Positions 40,864 to 55,264 are shown, counted from the first letter of the whole stretch. The stretch is DNA of 63,090 nt, filler included, from Cercozoa sp. M6MM (GCA_040357565.1; 12 parts of 12 records of this genome joined end to end with filler, not necessarily neighbours in it); one strand, 5' to 3'. A program made the numbers and translations. The notes: a model not told the origin generated them from the sequence alone.

Positions 40864-43402
40864 TCACGCACACCCATGCATAATTTGACAGGTCAAAACA
40901 TCTGGTGTCGGTGAAAAGTGTATCAATGTACAGTCTTCGCTTTCGACCGCATCAGGAGGCAGCATGCGGTCGAGTTCGCGCGACACGAGATCGTCCAAAT
41001 CGACGTCACTGGCGTCTCGTGGCGAGTCGTAGTCATCGTCGCTGTCGTCCAGGTCGGCGTAGTCCACTTGAATGTGTTCGTCCTCGCCTGCGACCTTGGT
41101 GGAGCTACAACACCAGGGGACCTATATATTGAGTAAAATGGGCGAAGGGCAATTACGCAGCAGAGGCAGCAACGGTCCAGTCAGTGCGCCACAGGGTCAC
41201 ACAGAACACGGATGAGCAGAGCAGCGCGCCCACAGAAAGACCAACCAGCAGGCCAGTGCCCTTCCAGTCAAAGTGAAAAGCGAGCAACGATCCCAAAGGG
41301 AGGGCTATAATCCAACTGCAGGGGATATACGAGAGATTAGAAAGGAAGCTGGATAAGGCTGTGTGGTACTATCCCACTACGTTGACATAGGAGCCCATGC
41401 GCAGCATGCCTGCTCCTCTGACGATACCACTGGCAACGCCTTGCAGCACATCGCCCAGTTGCAGAATGCTACACCGAACGAAGATATGTTTGAGCCCAGT
41501 TGTCCCCCATTCCCACGATACCACAGTGGCAGCAAAAGCTTCATGGCGCGCTCCACGACCTCTGCGTCGCTTGTGAAGGCTCGTGCGAGCAAGCGGCGTC
41601 CAAGTACTGCGGTAAGTTATGGTCAATCGAATGCCTCCGCGCAGACAAGCAAATACCTAGCAGACTAATGTTGAAGGTAGCAACGCAGACACTCAACATC
41701 AGCGCCGTTTTCGACGCGGATTTGGCAGCTTTACAGGGAATGAAGAGACGCAAGATGACAAAGAGGAAATGAGGGATACCTGCAGCGTTCTTGGCGCCCA
41801 GCGCATTCGAAACACGTGTAGAAGCCGCGATAGCCATGCTGAGGCGAACATAGATACCGAAGGAAAGGAACAATTAGGCAACTCACCCATAGGTCAGCAT
41901 AAACAACAACGCAACGACGTTCTGTTCACACGCACACGTAGGGTGATGTAAACAAGTCAGAGACTCAACGTACCTGACATGTGGAATACGCGGCCAGCTC
42001 GACCTCGCCAAAGCGACCGCTGAGCACGATTGCGACTTCAAACGCCCACCATTCTGCCACAACCTGTGCCAATATTAACTGTTGTTGAGTTCAAGTTGTC
42101 AGAGAGAAAGGCACCATAACAAGACCAGACAAGGCGAGTTTGACAACTGCCAGAAGGCGTCGTCCTTGCAGCACCTTGGCCCAGAACTTCCTTCTATACA
42201 TCATATATATATCACAGGTGACACCAGAAGATACAGCAAGTAAAAACATAAAACGGTATCATAGCACACCTGGTGACGGCAGGCCAGGCCGGTCGGCACA
42301 ACTGGCGGTAGCGTATAACAGCTACGGCCAACAGAAACTGGGTCCACTCGACCGACACAGTAGCCAAGGCGGCACCCGTGACACCCCAGTCAAGTGCGAG
42401 GACAACAACCTGCCAGAAGTAAAGGATTTAGTACAGACACAAACTGAAAGTCGCAGGAAGTAAAGGATTTAGTACTGCTGACACAACGAGTGAGAACAAA
42501 TTCGACACGAAAGCCAACAGCAACTGCACGCGCACTTCGCCATGTGCTGCCAACTGTAACACACACACACACACAAACACACGCCACACAAACACACACG
42601 CACAGATATGCACACAAATATGCACACAGACGGACAATCCACCCCAGTAGAAAACCTGTACGAAGCGAGCGAGTGCGTCAAAGGCGAAAGCAGGCGGCAG
42701 TGCCGGCACGCACACGCGCATGAAATGAGCACCCATGCGCACGACGTCATCCTCGTGCAGCGAGATCGACATCAGCGACGGTGCGGCAAACAGCCACACC
42801 AGCTGCTCAAAACTTAAGGGTAAAGAAGGGTACGGAAGCATGTGTCCCAGCGGGGTGGAAAAAGACAGCAAGAACCGAGATTGGCAGTGCAGCAAACAAG
42901 GAAACACAGAGTGCGCGCGTCAAGGCCAAAGCGGCCTGTCGTGGTCGACCCGCTCCGTTCGCTTTGCCCACCAGTGAGTCCACTCTTCGAAACGGGTGAA
43001 GGAAAGAAGTGTGCAACAAGGATATCTCAAACATACGCCGCATTTAAACCGAATCCAACTGACAGGCCAGTCACATTCACCAAGGAGAAAGCAAGCGCAA
43101 CAGCGGCATAGGCATCTTTCCCAAGCGCATGTCCGACCATTATGGACGGCCAAAGCACCCTAGGTTGCCACGAAACGCACAAGTGACGGACGAAATGGAA
43201 CAGATATCAGCAATATCAACATCTCGTGCCACGGAAACACAGGCTACGCTACTGCAGGTATAGTAGCACGCGCACTGCAATAGTAGGCCATGCGAGGCGC
43301 CACATCGCACTGACCTCCTCGCGCACCTGAGTCAAGCATAACAACTCAATCAGTGCCTGTGGATGAGTCGTATTATATCTGCAGCTGAGATACCGCACTC
43401 AT
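40864..43402 (-). CDS. MATE family (SLC47-like) multidrug/toxin efflux transporter
   Basis: EEVSAMWRLAWP, LDWGVTGAALAT, VAEWWAFEVAIVLSGRFG, IAASTRVSNALGA, FTSDAEV, DVLQGVASGIVRGAG, IALPLG, WRTDW. Confidence 0.9.
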
Positions 43403-43615
43403 TAAACGCCGTAACTCAATTTAGTTACAACTGGCAGTCTGTTAAAGCGAATACGGCACCCTGAAAACTGGTTGATCGACTTGCAGAACAGGGCACCGCG
43501 CAGAAACGGTACAGCAGACCGTATTTTTGTACATCGCAGTCGACTTCGCCGGAGGCTTATAGTGCGCTCAGACGGGTGCGAACACGTGTAAATACCAGTA
43601 CAGTTACAACGAGCA

Positions 43616-44369
43616 ATGTCATCTGCCGGTGTGGCACGTTTGAAGGAAGCCGAGGAAACGGCGCAGGCCATCATCCAGGAGGCGCGCGAGTGTACGTCAT
43701 TCTGCAATGGGAGTGTTTTGGCCTGTCCATGTTTGGTTTAATTACATCGCAACTTTTGTTGATTCGATCAACACAGAACAGCATTTTTTGCTCCAATTTA
43801 TGTTGGTTTGTATCCAGACCGAATCCAGCACTTGAAGGAAGCCAAGGCGGCCGCCGCTGTTGAGATCGAGGTCAATTTTGTTCTTCTCGGCTGCTGTTGG
43901 ATCGTTACTGCTTGGTTACGCGTAGGCTTTCCGCGAACAGTTGGAACGGGAGCAAGCTCAGCAGACCAGCGAGGGTACTTTGCGTTTCATGACTTTGGAC
44001 CTGTGGGGCGGTGTGTATATGTGCCTTGCGGTTTCGAAGGTGGTGCCAGCAGCGGTGCTTTCGCTTCGAATTTGCAACAGCAGGTCGCGCAGCAACAGCA
44101 GGGTATGCATATGCATATGCGCACGCACCTCGGTCATTCACACTTCCCAAATACGTGGTCATTGCACCGATAGGCATTCGCGACGATGCCGAGCAGTACG
44201 GCAATGCTGTCGTTGATCTCCTGATGCACAACGTGTACGCTGCGTTGTTCAAAGATGCTCAAGTCTGCTCGATTCCTCAATGTGCTTGTGCAGCTGCCGC
44301 GTGTCGCTTAAGGTGGATGACGAGACACTTGAGGCCTACCGCTCCGTGCCGGCCGAGCAGGAGGATTAA
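43616..44369 (+). CDS. ATP6V1G: V-type proton ATPase subunit G
   Basis: MSSAGVARLKEAEETAQAIIQEARE|YRIQHLKEAKAAAAVEIE|AFR...AVVDLLMHNV|CRV. Confidence 0.9.
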
Positions 44370-44701
44370 AGAGCATGTTAATTGCGCTGTCTCCAACTGT
44401 TCATACATGACATTACAATGATCAACGAACTGGAACCGAATGCGCCCGAACGCGTACGGTACGGAACACGGCGCGGAATCGGACGAAATGATTGAAATCT
44501 CGGTCATACTGTATCACGCGACGTCATGAATCCGCCTTCGCTTGCATGGAATTTTGACTTTAACTGAGCCTGTCTGTCGCGTCTTTGACTGTCAGACTGT
44601 ACGTACTCAGAGTCACGCGACTCGCCGTCGAACGGAATAAGCAACCCAAAAACAAACTGTGACTCGACATGCCCATTGTTGTAAAATACACACAAGTGCG
44701 G

Positions 44702-47700
44702 TCATGCGACGTCACGTCTGGTCGCCTCGTAAGTTGCCGCCGCCTCACGATCTGATTGAGTGGAGTCCTTCAGCTGGTCATTCGCGTGATCGTCGTACGA
44801 CTCCTTAGCGCCATCGTCTGAGTCCTCTTCGTCATCGCGATCCGTCGCGCATCGACTGGCGGATTCGATAGAGTCGTCACTGTTCTTGTCGTTTAAGTCG
44901 CCGTCGTTCGAGCCATCGTCGTTCGAGACAACGTCGCAGCCGCTCTTGTCGGCGACAACCCTGTCCACGCCGGAACTGTCGTTGCTGTGATCGTTGTTGT
45001 TGGTGTTGTTGCTGTCGTCGTCGGAGCAGTCGGCGCTGTCTTCTGCACTGCGGCACAGTGGACACCACAGCGTCACGTGCTTCTGCGGCCTGAGCGAGAA
45101 GTACAAGGCAGAGGTGCAAGGGTCAAGCAAACAAAGTACGCTCGTGGGTGCTGCTTGACGTCGTGTTTCCACTACGTTTCAACAGATAATTTGACTGCTG
45201 TTGGTGTCCACTGCATGTGGAGTATCTACCAATGGACACAGGGGTCCTCCCTGACATGCTGGCAGCATCGTGGTCGTCCAGAAGGACGGGTCCTCCTCCT
45301 GTGCACGAATGGAGGATAGAGGAAAGTAGATACGTGCCTGAGACATGTACCTGCTTGGCATGGCACGACTCGCAGTACGCGTGGTCGCTGCAGAACTGAG
45401 TCGCCAGGGCGCAGCCTTTGCACATACATATACATGCATATATCCCTCTCCCTCCCTCCAGAAAGTATGTACGTGCATCTTACAGAAGTCGCACTTGCGA
45501 ATGAACTGACGTGGCTCGTGCTCGCATTGGAGAACGTTAGCACACACCACGCACTCTGCAGATACCCTGTGTTTACCTATACCGGTACCCCTTTGTACTA
45601 AATAGAGTCACCGTAGGTAGTGACAGCTGGTGCAGTGTCGCAGGCAGAGGAACCACCGCAGTAGAAGCCTTGGCATCTGCGCATGGCATGTACACATGTA
45701 CATATGCACACATGAACATTTTCAAGGGGATGGGCGTACCCAGAGCACTCGCACGCACGCAGTTTCACTTTCAACTGCACGACACTATGCTTGTTGCCGC
45801 TCTACAGAGGCGGGGGAGGGGCTTAAAATAGTGGAAGTAAGGGGTTAAGACGGAGTAAAGGCAACCCTGCGTGCTTCTGCGATGCGTCGCTTCAGCTGCG
45901 AAATGCGACGAGATCGCGGCGCAGTCGATACGTTCTTGCAGCTGCAGACACAAGTGGGGTAAGGGGTAACGGGGAGGTAGGGGGAAGGGATAAAGGGGGT
46001 TCTACCGGTAGAAAATCCATTGCATCTCCTTGGCAATCTTGCTGAGCCACTAAAAACACAACAACAAGAAGTACAGGAGTAGATGGCGGGGAGTGGGTGG
46101 GATAAACACACCTCAAACAGAGCAGCACGCATGCGAACTGGCCGATCGTATGCGTCGTTTTTCTATGCACACATACCGGTGTCCAAGACTACAGAGGCAT
46201 AGCAACAAGCAGGGCGCGCCATACGAGAGACTTGATGACTGTCTGCAACGTGTCACTCTCGTGCGAGAAGGTGTTCTGACATTACATGGGAAGGGCATAA
46301 AGGAGGTAAGGGGGTAAAATAAAGGTCATGAGGTTAGAGTGTCCCTACCTTGTTGTAGGCAAGGATCAAAGCGACGTCCGACTCGCGCAACAGTTGGACG
46401 ATGCCTGCGCTCAACAAATTGATCTGGTTGATTTGCCTCCTTCTTGGCCTCCCAGCCAAAAGTACCCAAGAGATCCGAGTTGATGACCTCGGACGAGTCA
46501 TGTGGCGACACTGTGTTAGATGGTAATTATCTTGTAGCCAGTCCAATCACCGGTCCAAATGGACGGAAGGAGAGACGTACAAATGTACCATGCGGAATCT
46601 TGTCGAAATCGAGATCGTCGTCCATCCAGTGCGAGCGCAGCTCCTGTGCCACTACCTGCACAAGGAGTAGGGGTAGGGAGCAAGAAGTAGGGTGTAGGGC
46701 AGGAGTTAACTACCGAAAAGGCCAGCGGCTGCAGTTTTCGGAAGTAGCGCAGTGCTCTCTGAAGCGGTGTCTCTTTGTTGGTGCGCCGCGTTTTCAACGG
46801 CGCACATAGCGAGTGCTACGGGAGGGGGGGGGGGGGTTAAAGCGGGGTAAAGGGTGGGGTAAGATGTAAAGGGAGTAAGAAACCCATGGATTGCGACACG
46901 CTGGGCAACGCAGCAGCAGTGAAATGCCGCTGCCAGACTCTGCATTCTTGAGTTGCTCGTTCACCTACACAAAATAGTTGGCACAGATTCGGTACAAATG
47001 GATTCGTCTTTTTAAAGATACCAATTTAGACAGACACAACGCGTGTAGACCGTACTCGGACTACCAGGGGTAAGGGGGTAGGGGTAAGTGGTAAAGGGGA
47101 GGGGGAAGAAGGTAAAACGTGCAAAGGGGAGAAGGATAGGGGGGGGGGGAAGGGGCAGGAGGTAAAGGGGTAGAGGATAAAGTTACAGAAGGACACGTGC
47201 ACTCCACCGGCAATGGCAACGATGGTAGCGGCATTCGCTCTGGCAGAGATGGCTGTATTGCCTCGTGGCACACCACACACGCACTCTGCCGAAAGGGGCA
47301 AAAAAAAAGTAAAGAGTGGGTAAAAGAGGGATAAAATAGAAGGTGTCAGGGAAAGGGGAAGGGGAAGTGGGTAAATGGGGGGGGGGGGGGGGGTAACGGG
47401 GAACAAGTAAAGAGGGGTAAGGGGCAAAACTACATGGTCACGACGTGCACGATGCCGACAAGTCTCGCCGAGAGCGCGTACGCACACCTTAGACAGCACT
47501 ATCTGATGTGCCTACAGGGGGGAAGGGTAGGGGTAAACACCGACCCTATATCACATCTACCTTCTCAAAGCAGTCCAGTGTGTCGCTTGTCTTTCTGCAT
47601 ATTAGGGCAAAGGGGTAAAGAGGGGTGGGGTGTCTAAGGGTAAAGCGGGGGAGGTAAGGAGGGTTAAGCGAGACTCACAGCCTGACCTCTTCTTCCTTGG

Positions 47701-48129
47701 GTCGCAGTGCCAAACTAAGGGGCGGGGCAAAGCTGGTAAAAGGGAGAGGGTAGAAGGTAGGTAGGGTATAAGGGCTACCACTGGTGCAGCAAGTGTTCAC
47801 AGCACTCCAACGAGTCGCACACGACAAAGTGCGCCATCGGAAGAATCACCTCTTCGTCGGCTTCGCTCTCCAGCAGCAGCCTCTACGGAAAAATACACCT
47901 TTACCCCCAATTTACTTTGCTTTACCTGGGCCTTTTTGTCCAGCAGTTCATTGATCTGACGCAGTTTCTCGACAGCGCTGAGGTATCAAAAGGTGGATCC
48001 GTGCGGACAGGTCAATAGAACAACAATAACAAAAAAAACAACAAGGTACTGTTTGGCGTTTTCCTTCTCGCGCGTCGAGCTGCGATCGGGGACCTTGCGC
48101 AGAAAGTAGTCGTCTGTGGGCGGCCATTC

Positions 48130-48172
<43 letters not shown>

Positions 48173-50460
48173 GGTCATAATGATCGGCCACGTGGCCACT
48201 TGGGGTACCGACACGACCCGGACGCAGTAGACGCATGCTTCGCGACGCCGCTGCTGTCGTCGCGGAGAGGCGACAGGCTCGTTCGTGCCGAGAACAAGGT
48301 TGTGCGGGTCAGTGTCAGAGTCGACAGGAGTGTCCGCGCGGAGAGCAAGGTCGTCCGGCTCGGCGACAACGGCGTTGTCATCAGCAGGCACGACGTCAAA
48401 GTTGTGTACACTGAGGTTGCCGCCGTTTTGCTCACCGACGTGATCGTTGATGTGGTCGTTAGTGCGATCATTGCGACCACCATCTCGATTATTGATGTGA
48501 TCAGTACGATCAGGGTGATCAGGATGACCACTGGCAGCGTTGGCGATGTCCTCTTTCGAGAAGAAGGCATCGCAGGCGCCGCACCAGACGCCCTACACAG
48601 TGCACAGTGTACAAGCACCCAATCACAGGTGACAACGAAAGTAAAACAGGGAGTAAAGATACGCCTTCAATGGGCTCGCCGTTGGCATGGCCGTTGGGAC
48701 AGTTCGCTCCGGCCTGCTGCAGCTCCTTCGCCTCGTGCTGGAGCAGAAACTCCTGCCTGTGAGTACAAGAGGGAGATAAAGGAGGTAAGGGTAATGAAGG
48801 AGAGACGGAGACGGAGGGGGGGGGGTACATCTTCGCGAATTGATTTAGCACGAGACTCCAGTCCGCGCGCGTCAAAGACGGTTGACGCAGCTGCTGGAGC
48901 GTTTGCTTGCACAGACGCTGTACGTCGCGCGTCTCTGCCAGCTCTGGGAAGGTGGCGTACAAGTAGTTGATACAGGTAGATAACAGGGTAGGAGATACAG
49001 GTAGAATATATAGGTAGGACATACAGGGTAGGAGATACAGGTAGGCTGTATTGTGATAAACAAAAGGAACACACCTGCAGCACGAATCATAAGCTGCACA
49101 ATTTTTTCGTACATGGGATGCTTTTTCGGATTCACCCTCTCTTCCTACAGGCAGATGAGTGAAGAGTCAGAGGCAAAGGACAAAAAGGTAAAACGAGACA
49201 AAGGACAAAAAGGTAAAACGAGGCAAGTAGAAGGCACAAGGGAAGCAAAGGATGTAAAAGCCCACAGGTTTCTCTGTCGCAGAATTCGCTGCGACTCTTG
49301 ATCGGTAAGGCGGTTGCTGTCGCTTTTGTTGCTGTTGCTTTCGTTGTTGTTCTTCGCGCAGTTGTCGCAGTTGTCTCTCTCGTTGTTCTTCCGCGTCTCG
49401 TGGTTGTTGTTCCCGCGATTGTTGTCGTTTCCAGTGCTGATGTTGTTCTCGTTCTCGTTGTTCTCGTTGTTCTCGTTCTCGCTGTTCTCGTTCTTGTTCT
49501 CGTTCTCGTTCTCGTCGCTGCTGCTGCTGCCATTGTTGTTGTTCTGGTTGCTGTTGTTCTGGTTGCCGTTGTTCTCGATGCTGTTGTTCTCGTTGTTGCT
49601 GCTGTTGTTGCTGCTGTTGTTGCTGCTGTTCTCGTTGCTGTTGTTGCTGTTGTTGCTGCTGCTGCTGCTGTTGTTGTTGTTGCTGCTGCTGCTGTTGTTG
49701 TTGTTGTTGTTGTTGTTGCTGTTGTTGTTGTTGTTGTTGAGACATGTGACGGCCGCGATACTGTTCATCGCTGCTGTAGCCCCGCTGCCAAGTGCACATG
49801 CTGTCAATTTCTCCACGTCTAGTCACTGCAGTTGCTGCTTCCGCGCGGAAGGACGCCGCGGCGGTCTCGCGCTGATCGACTGTCTTTTCAAGTCGTGCGT
49901 CACGAGGCTTTTGCGCAAGGATGCATAAAAATGCAAGTGCAACCCTTCAAAGTGTCTACCTTCGTTTGCTGAAAACTGTTTGGGCCGACCATTTCGTTGT
50001 ACATATCTTTGAAATACATCCAGGTCAACAGACCACACAGCAAACACAAACAAGCACACCGTAAAGAAGTAGGCAAATCCGTCGGTACACGTCCTCGAAC
50101 TTGTGCGAACTACCGTCTGCCACGCCGCAAGCCTTAAAAACATAGCCAACACAGTTTGAAGACAACAACTGGTACCATTGTAGCCGCTCAAAGCGTCCGC
50201 GCGGAGGTACTGCTGCGCCAGTCGCAGCAACTGCTCGTGCGCCTCGAGACGTTTCACGCGTTCCTACACGCATACACGTGCCCGAAAAAAGTGTTGTTGT
50301 GAGTGATACATCGATTGCAGTCGACGGGACCGCTCGAAGCCGATTCGCCTCTTCGTGCAGCTGCGTCAGAATCGGAGTTGTTGTCGATAAGATTACTTGG
50401 TTCTGGTGAAAAAGGTACCGCATTGAGCTCCTCTCGTGTGGCTGACTGCCACAAAATCAT
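44702..50460 (-). CDS. Large multi-zinc-finger (RING-like) protein with Asn-rich tract and acidic tail; possibly more than one gene
   Basis: Cys/His clusters CPNGH..WCGAC, CVYC, CCEHLLH, LLRCPACRNP, CDFC, CSDHAYCESCH, LWCPLCR; poly-Asn exon 49270-49820; many GT-AG introns. Confidence 0.55.
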
Positions 50461-50741
50461 CGCTCGCGCTGTCTCGCAGCGCGATCTGCAATTCTAATGC
50501 CCGGAGTCACCCCCTAGTGTCGCAGAAGCGCGCGAGACGCGAAAACAGCGGTGGCTACAACTTTGGAACAGAAGCAGAGTTGCTAGAGACCTAAACCACT
50601 CCAGCGTTGTTGAAACACTACCTAAACCTGGTGTTCGCAACGAGAGCAAGCAGGGTTTTGGCTATGATCATTGTTTACCTTTCTCTTTTTATACTCCCCT
50701 TTCTGCAGACTTTTTTGCGAGGCACTTCATGCAGAAAGGAG

Positions 50742-51022
50742 ATGTCTGTAAACTCGACGATATTTGTTAACGGACAACCCGTTTTGTGTCCACATGAGCG
50801 GCAGTTTTTTGAGTGCGACAAAGTGCGGTTCGATGTCGAAGCAGGTGACGGTTTCCCCGGGAACGGCGGTCTTTTCTAGTAGGCTTTTATATGAACCGGG
50901 GGGAGGGTAGGCCTATGCAGACTAATCAATTTACTATGCGTATGTGCAGCGGCTATGGCCGCGTTATTGTGACAAATCTCCGCGTGATCCTGCAAGTCAA
51001 AATGCCAACGGTATCCGGGAGT

Positions 51023-51078
<56 letters not shown>

Positions 51079-52465
51079 TGTGTGTGTGTATATTTATTTG
51101 TACTCAAAAAGGCGGCATTTTCGAGTGCGACGTTGCCGTGGCTGTTGGTGACTCGGGTCGAGCACTCTACAAGTGGTAAACTTTTCCATACCTTGCGACC
51201 TCTTGTTAACTTTCCCCTGCTTGTTTACCACTAGGCTTCCTGTCGTCTCCACGCATTCGCATTCATGCGCAAAATGCGCCGACTGGAGGTTTCCCGCTCC
51301 CTGTGAAGGTGACGCTACATATGCACAAATCCGACACTGGTGATTCTTCTTAGCCATAGTTTAGACACGCTATCAGTCTTTACCTTCCGCGATTTTATCA
51401 GGTGCCTCTTCATCCGATTTGAAGGCGCGACTGGCCTTCCTCGGTAGGACTCTTCCAATATGGTTTTGGTACACTTTAAAGGATGTTACATACACGCAGC
51501 GGACGAAATAACGTCGCACTATCACGCAGCACAAAGTCTACTGCAGGTAGCCTCTGTACTTTGTGTGGGCCCCATCTCTATCTGCTCTGTTCTCAGAACC
51601 CGCATTCGCCGCAAATCCAGCATCTCCAATTCGCTGCCTCTCTTGTACCAGTTTACTTTTGATACGGAACAGGTGTATATACGGCATGTGATAGGTGCCT
51701 TTGCTGCCGCAACAAGCCTTTCCGCAGCAGTTCTTGCAAACATCGATGGTATCGACATGTACACGCGCAGGTCAAGTGTATCTCTTGAGTCCAAACTGAT
51801 GTGTAGGCAATGCAAACACAACCAGCGAACAGAGGCGCTGCTGCCATTATGGGTACTGTCACCCTTTATTTAGTTGCATTAGGCCCTTTAACTCTTCTTG
51901 CCCCGTGACACAGTGCCAGGTGTCTCAGACCTCCCAATTCAGCCGAGTGATGCCTCGCAACCGCCAGTACAACACCTTCATGGCACCGGCATGAACAACC
52001 TTGTGGACGACAATGACATCTCGTCCAATGGACTTGGCTACTCGGCCTTTGCTGCGCCTGCATCGGCGCAGCACGCGGCGCTTGTCGAGCCCGAGAGCAG
52101 CTCGGTGCTTGTGCCGAATCTCACGGCTCCTGTGCAATCGCAACCTCCTGTGTACTCTTTCGCTTTCTGTTATCCCTTGCCTCTCCCACCTGTTACTCCT
52201 TCGTTATCCTAGCGTGTCCACGACTGGCGACATGTACACGCAGCAGTTGCCGCGAAGCGGCACCATCGAAGTACCTGTGCAAGAGTACGCATTCCATACT
52301 GATGCGATCCAATGATAACACGTACCGTACAGAACGCACTTTGAGATGGCCGACATGTCGAACTCGACGTCGCACGAGCGTGTTCCGAATGACGATGAGC
52401 GCGGCCGTGCTTCCGACGAGACGGCAACTCTGCTACGCGATGATCGCCGATCGGCTATCAACTGA
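50742..52465 (+). CDS. WBP2-like PH-GRAM domain protein with low-complexity C-terminus
   Basis: MSVN...GQPVLCPHER...|SGYGRVIVTNLRVIL...|AAFSSATLP matches the WBP2/GRAM N-terminal pattern (G.l.lTn.R.if...f.sf.mP). Confidence 0.65.
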
Positions 52466-52703
52466 CACGGTGACCTTGACCTGGACGGTATCTTCGAGTA
52501 CATTTAGAGCGTCCAAACCAACATGCTTTGGGTGCGCAGTTGCTGAGTGCGCACGGCACTAACACGAAATGCAGTAGGTAGCATGCTTCGGCAAGTGCTT
52601 AACTTAACTTAACTCAGCGTCAGGCGACGCGAAACTGAAACTCGGCTGATCGTACTCGTGGTTCAGTTCCGCGCAACGACTGGTTTTTGGACTAAACCGA
52701 ATT

Positions 52704-55047
52704 CTATCGTCGCCAAAACTTGAGGTTCTTATCCTTGCCGCCCGTAGCGACACGCTGGCCCTACAGCAAAAGCAAGATAACGCATTGCACAAACCGTGAT
52801 AGAACAAGACGCATGTGCATGAGCGAGGGTACATCAGGTGACCAGTCGAGTGCGTAGATCTCATCGGCATGACCAGGCAACTCGCGGCGTAATTTCTTCT
52901 CGCGAACGTCCCAGATCTGATCAAACACTGCGTACAAACAAACCAACAAACACAACAAAGTACACCCATGGATTACCTTGGCAGTACTGTCCTTAGAGGC
53001 CGAAATGCACAGGCGTGAGTCGCCACTCCAGGCCACCTGAGTAAAGAAAGTGCAAGGTGACGACACCAACAGGTACACATACTGTCAGAACAGCCAACCT
53101 GGTACACGGCTCCAACGTGGCCACGCAGCACACCCTTGAACTTGCCCGTGTGTCCTAAATTTAGGCTATGAATCGACAAAAAAAAACAATGCGGAAAACT
53201 AACCATCCCAGAGTCGCACGCTCTTGTCGAAGGAGCCGCTGGCAATCATTCGCGAATCCGGCGAAAACAGTACGTGGTTCACAACAGCTTGGTGGCCCTA
53301 AAAATGAGACATATGAGTGCACCGACCGACAGAGAGGACAAAAAGAAGTGCAACTACCGTCATACGAAGCACAGGTTGCGCCTGCAGAGCGGGACGCCAC
53401 AGGAAGAGAGTATTGTCGTCACTCGCACTCACAAGACGCTCCTGAGGAACAATACCACACAAACATACAGTAGGATAGGGAAAGTAGGTAGTGTATGCTT
53501 TGTCTTGGTACAGCGCAGAAAGTCGACGTGGTGTCGCCGCTCGCCTTGCGCAGCGTGTCACTCACACGCGCAGCAGCGGCAGCAACGATAGCCTTGGCCT
53601 CCTGCATGTTCCCAATAATTAATGTGTGCGAGACAGTAAAGTACAGAGTAGCTACCTCTGACGATGGCATGGCCTGTGCCACAGTGTTCTCGTCGCACTG
53701 CTTCTGAATCTCCTCCTCTGTGTCGACGCACATATGTGTGGATTACAGCACGGGTCAAAAGCGGTACCAGTCAAGTCATCAGCTGCCAGGTGTCTCGGGT
53801 CGACCTTGAGGTTGCCTTCCGTATCGACGGAAGCAACGCGGCCGCGATGATCGAAACAGCCTGTTCGCAGCACGTAGTCCGTGCTGAGTGCCAGGTGACC
53901 GACCTGTACGGGAGGGGTACAAAGAAACAACAAAGACCATTGGTAGAAAGCGTGAGACCCAGTGCGCGTGTCCCTTGAGTGTGCGCACACAGGTGCCATT
54001 GTGTGCATTCCAACACTTGATCTGCGAGGTATAAACCAAATCAAGGAAAGAGACACAAGACGAGAAGCCATGGCTACTGTGCGATCGGCGGAACCAGAGT
54101 AGATCCAACCAGCAGGCGAGTTGGTTTGGTCACTGCGCATACTCGGAAGTGAGCACACCGAAAAGCAAGAACACCGAGGGGTTTGTACTTGTCGCCGATG
54201 CCCCACTTGAGTGCGCGCACGGCGCCCTTATGACTACCGATACACCGAGGTAACATCATTCATACACTACCAACACTCAGTGACTCGTATACCCACTGAG
54301 CGTGATACGTCCTCGCGACGAAAGTCCACCCTACAGAGTGGACCTAGTGTTGGCAGGAACCACATTGATGAGTCAGAGGTACAGTGACTCGGAAGATTCG
54401 CACGGTGCCATCAGCCGAAGCAGAGGCCACACGGTCGCTTACTGCAGGAGGAGAACGCTTGCAGATTCACAATGACACTTTCACACAGACGTGTACCTCC
54501 CAGAGGCGACAAATGCAACGGCTGCCATGCCAGTGCACTCACGTACCTGCCATATACCTATACATGCACTTACCACATAGGCTATAAAAAGGGCAGTACT
54601 TGTTGTGTGCCTGCGTGGTGCCGAGACACTTGCCTGGAGTAGCAGTAGACGTAAAGAAAGGTTGAAAGACAGCACACTCAAAGGGAGGTACCTGTGCGTG
54701 CGCACCAGACCTTGACGGTGCCGTGCTTATCGCCACTTGCGAGACGACGACCATCGGGCGACCAAGCCACAGCCAGGACGTGTCCACTATATCAATGCCA
54801 AGGTACATTCATAGTGTATTAACAGACAGACTTGCTGCTGTGTACCGGTGTCCCTTAAGGGTGTTGTGAGGCATCTCAGCAGCAGCATGCCACACGCGTA
54901 CTGTGCCGTCGCCACTGCCCTACTTCCCCCAGAGACATATCAGTTTACCCCCCCCCCCCGCACCTTACCCTGCTCTAACAATGTACAGTAGCTAGGGCGC
55001 GTCCATCAGGCGAGAAGTGAACCGACAAGATGGCACCAGAATGTCCT
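52704..55047 (-). CDS. NLE1: Notchless homolog (Rsa4/NLE1) WD40 ribosome assembly factor, 5' part lost at the gap
   Basis: [15 protein letters not shown]..|[10 protein letters not shown]; LKGHAHW|[18 protein letters not shown]; [15 protein letters not shown]; RMT|[14 protein letters not shown]; [10 protein letters not shown]|VAWSGDSRL; [16 protein letters not shown]|[11 protein letters not shown]. Confidence 0.95.
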
Positions 55048-55070
55048 GTACAAATGAACTTTATGAAGGA

Positions 55071-55119
<49 letters not shown>

Positions 55120-55219
55120 NNNNNNNNNNNNNNNNNNNNNNNNNNNNNNNNNNNNNNNNNNNNTTAATTAATTAANNNNNNNNNNNNNNNNNNNNNNNNN
55201 NNNNNNNNNNNNNNNNNNN

Positions 55220-55264
<45 letters not shown>

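Noticed and set aside
49132-49928. Poly-Gln, poly-Leu, poly-Val and poly-Thr ORFs in five frames
   Set aside because: A trinucleotide repeat lacking stops; only the Asn-rich minus frame joins the flanking exons.
10545-55047. Apparent ribosome-biogenesis gene cluster (EFL1, CRT10-like, LYAR, NLE1)
   Set aside because: The genes are on different linker-separated contigs and interspersed with unrelated genes; no support for real clustering.
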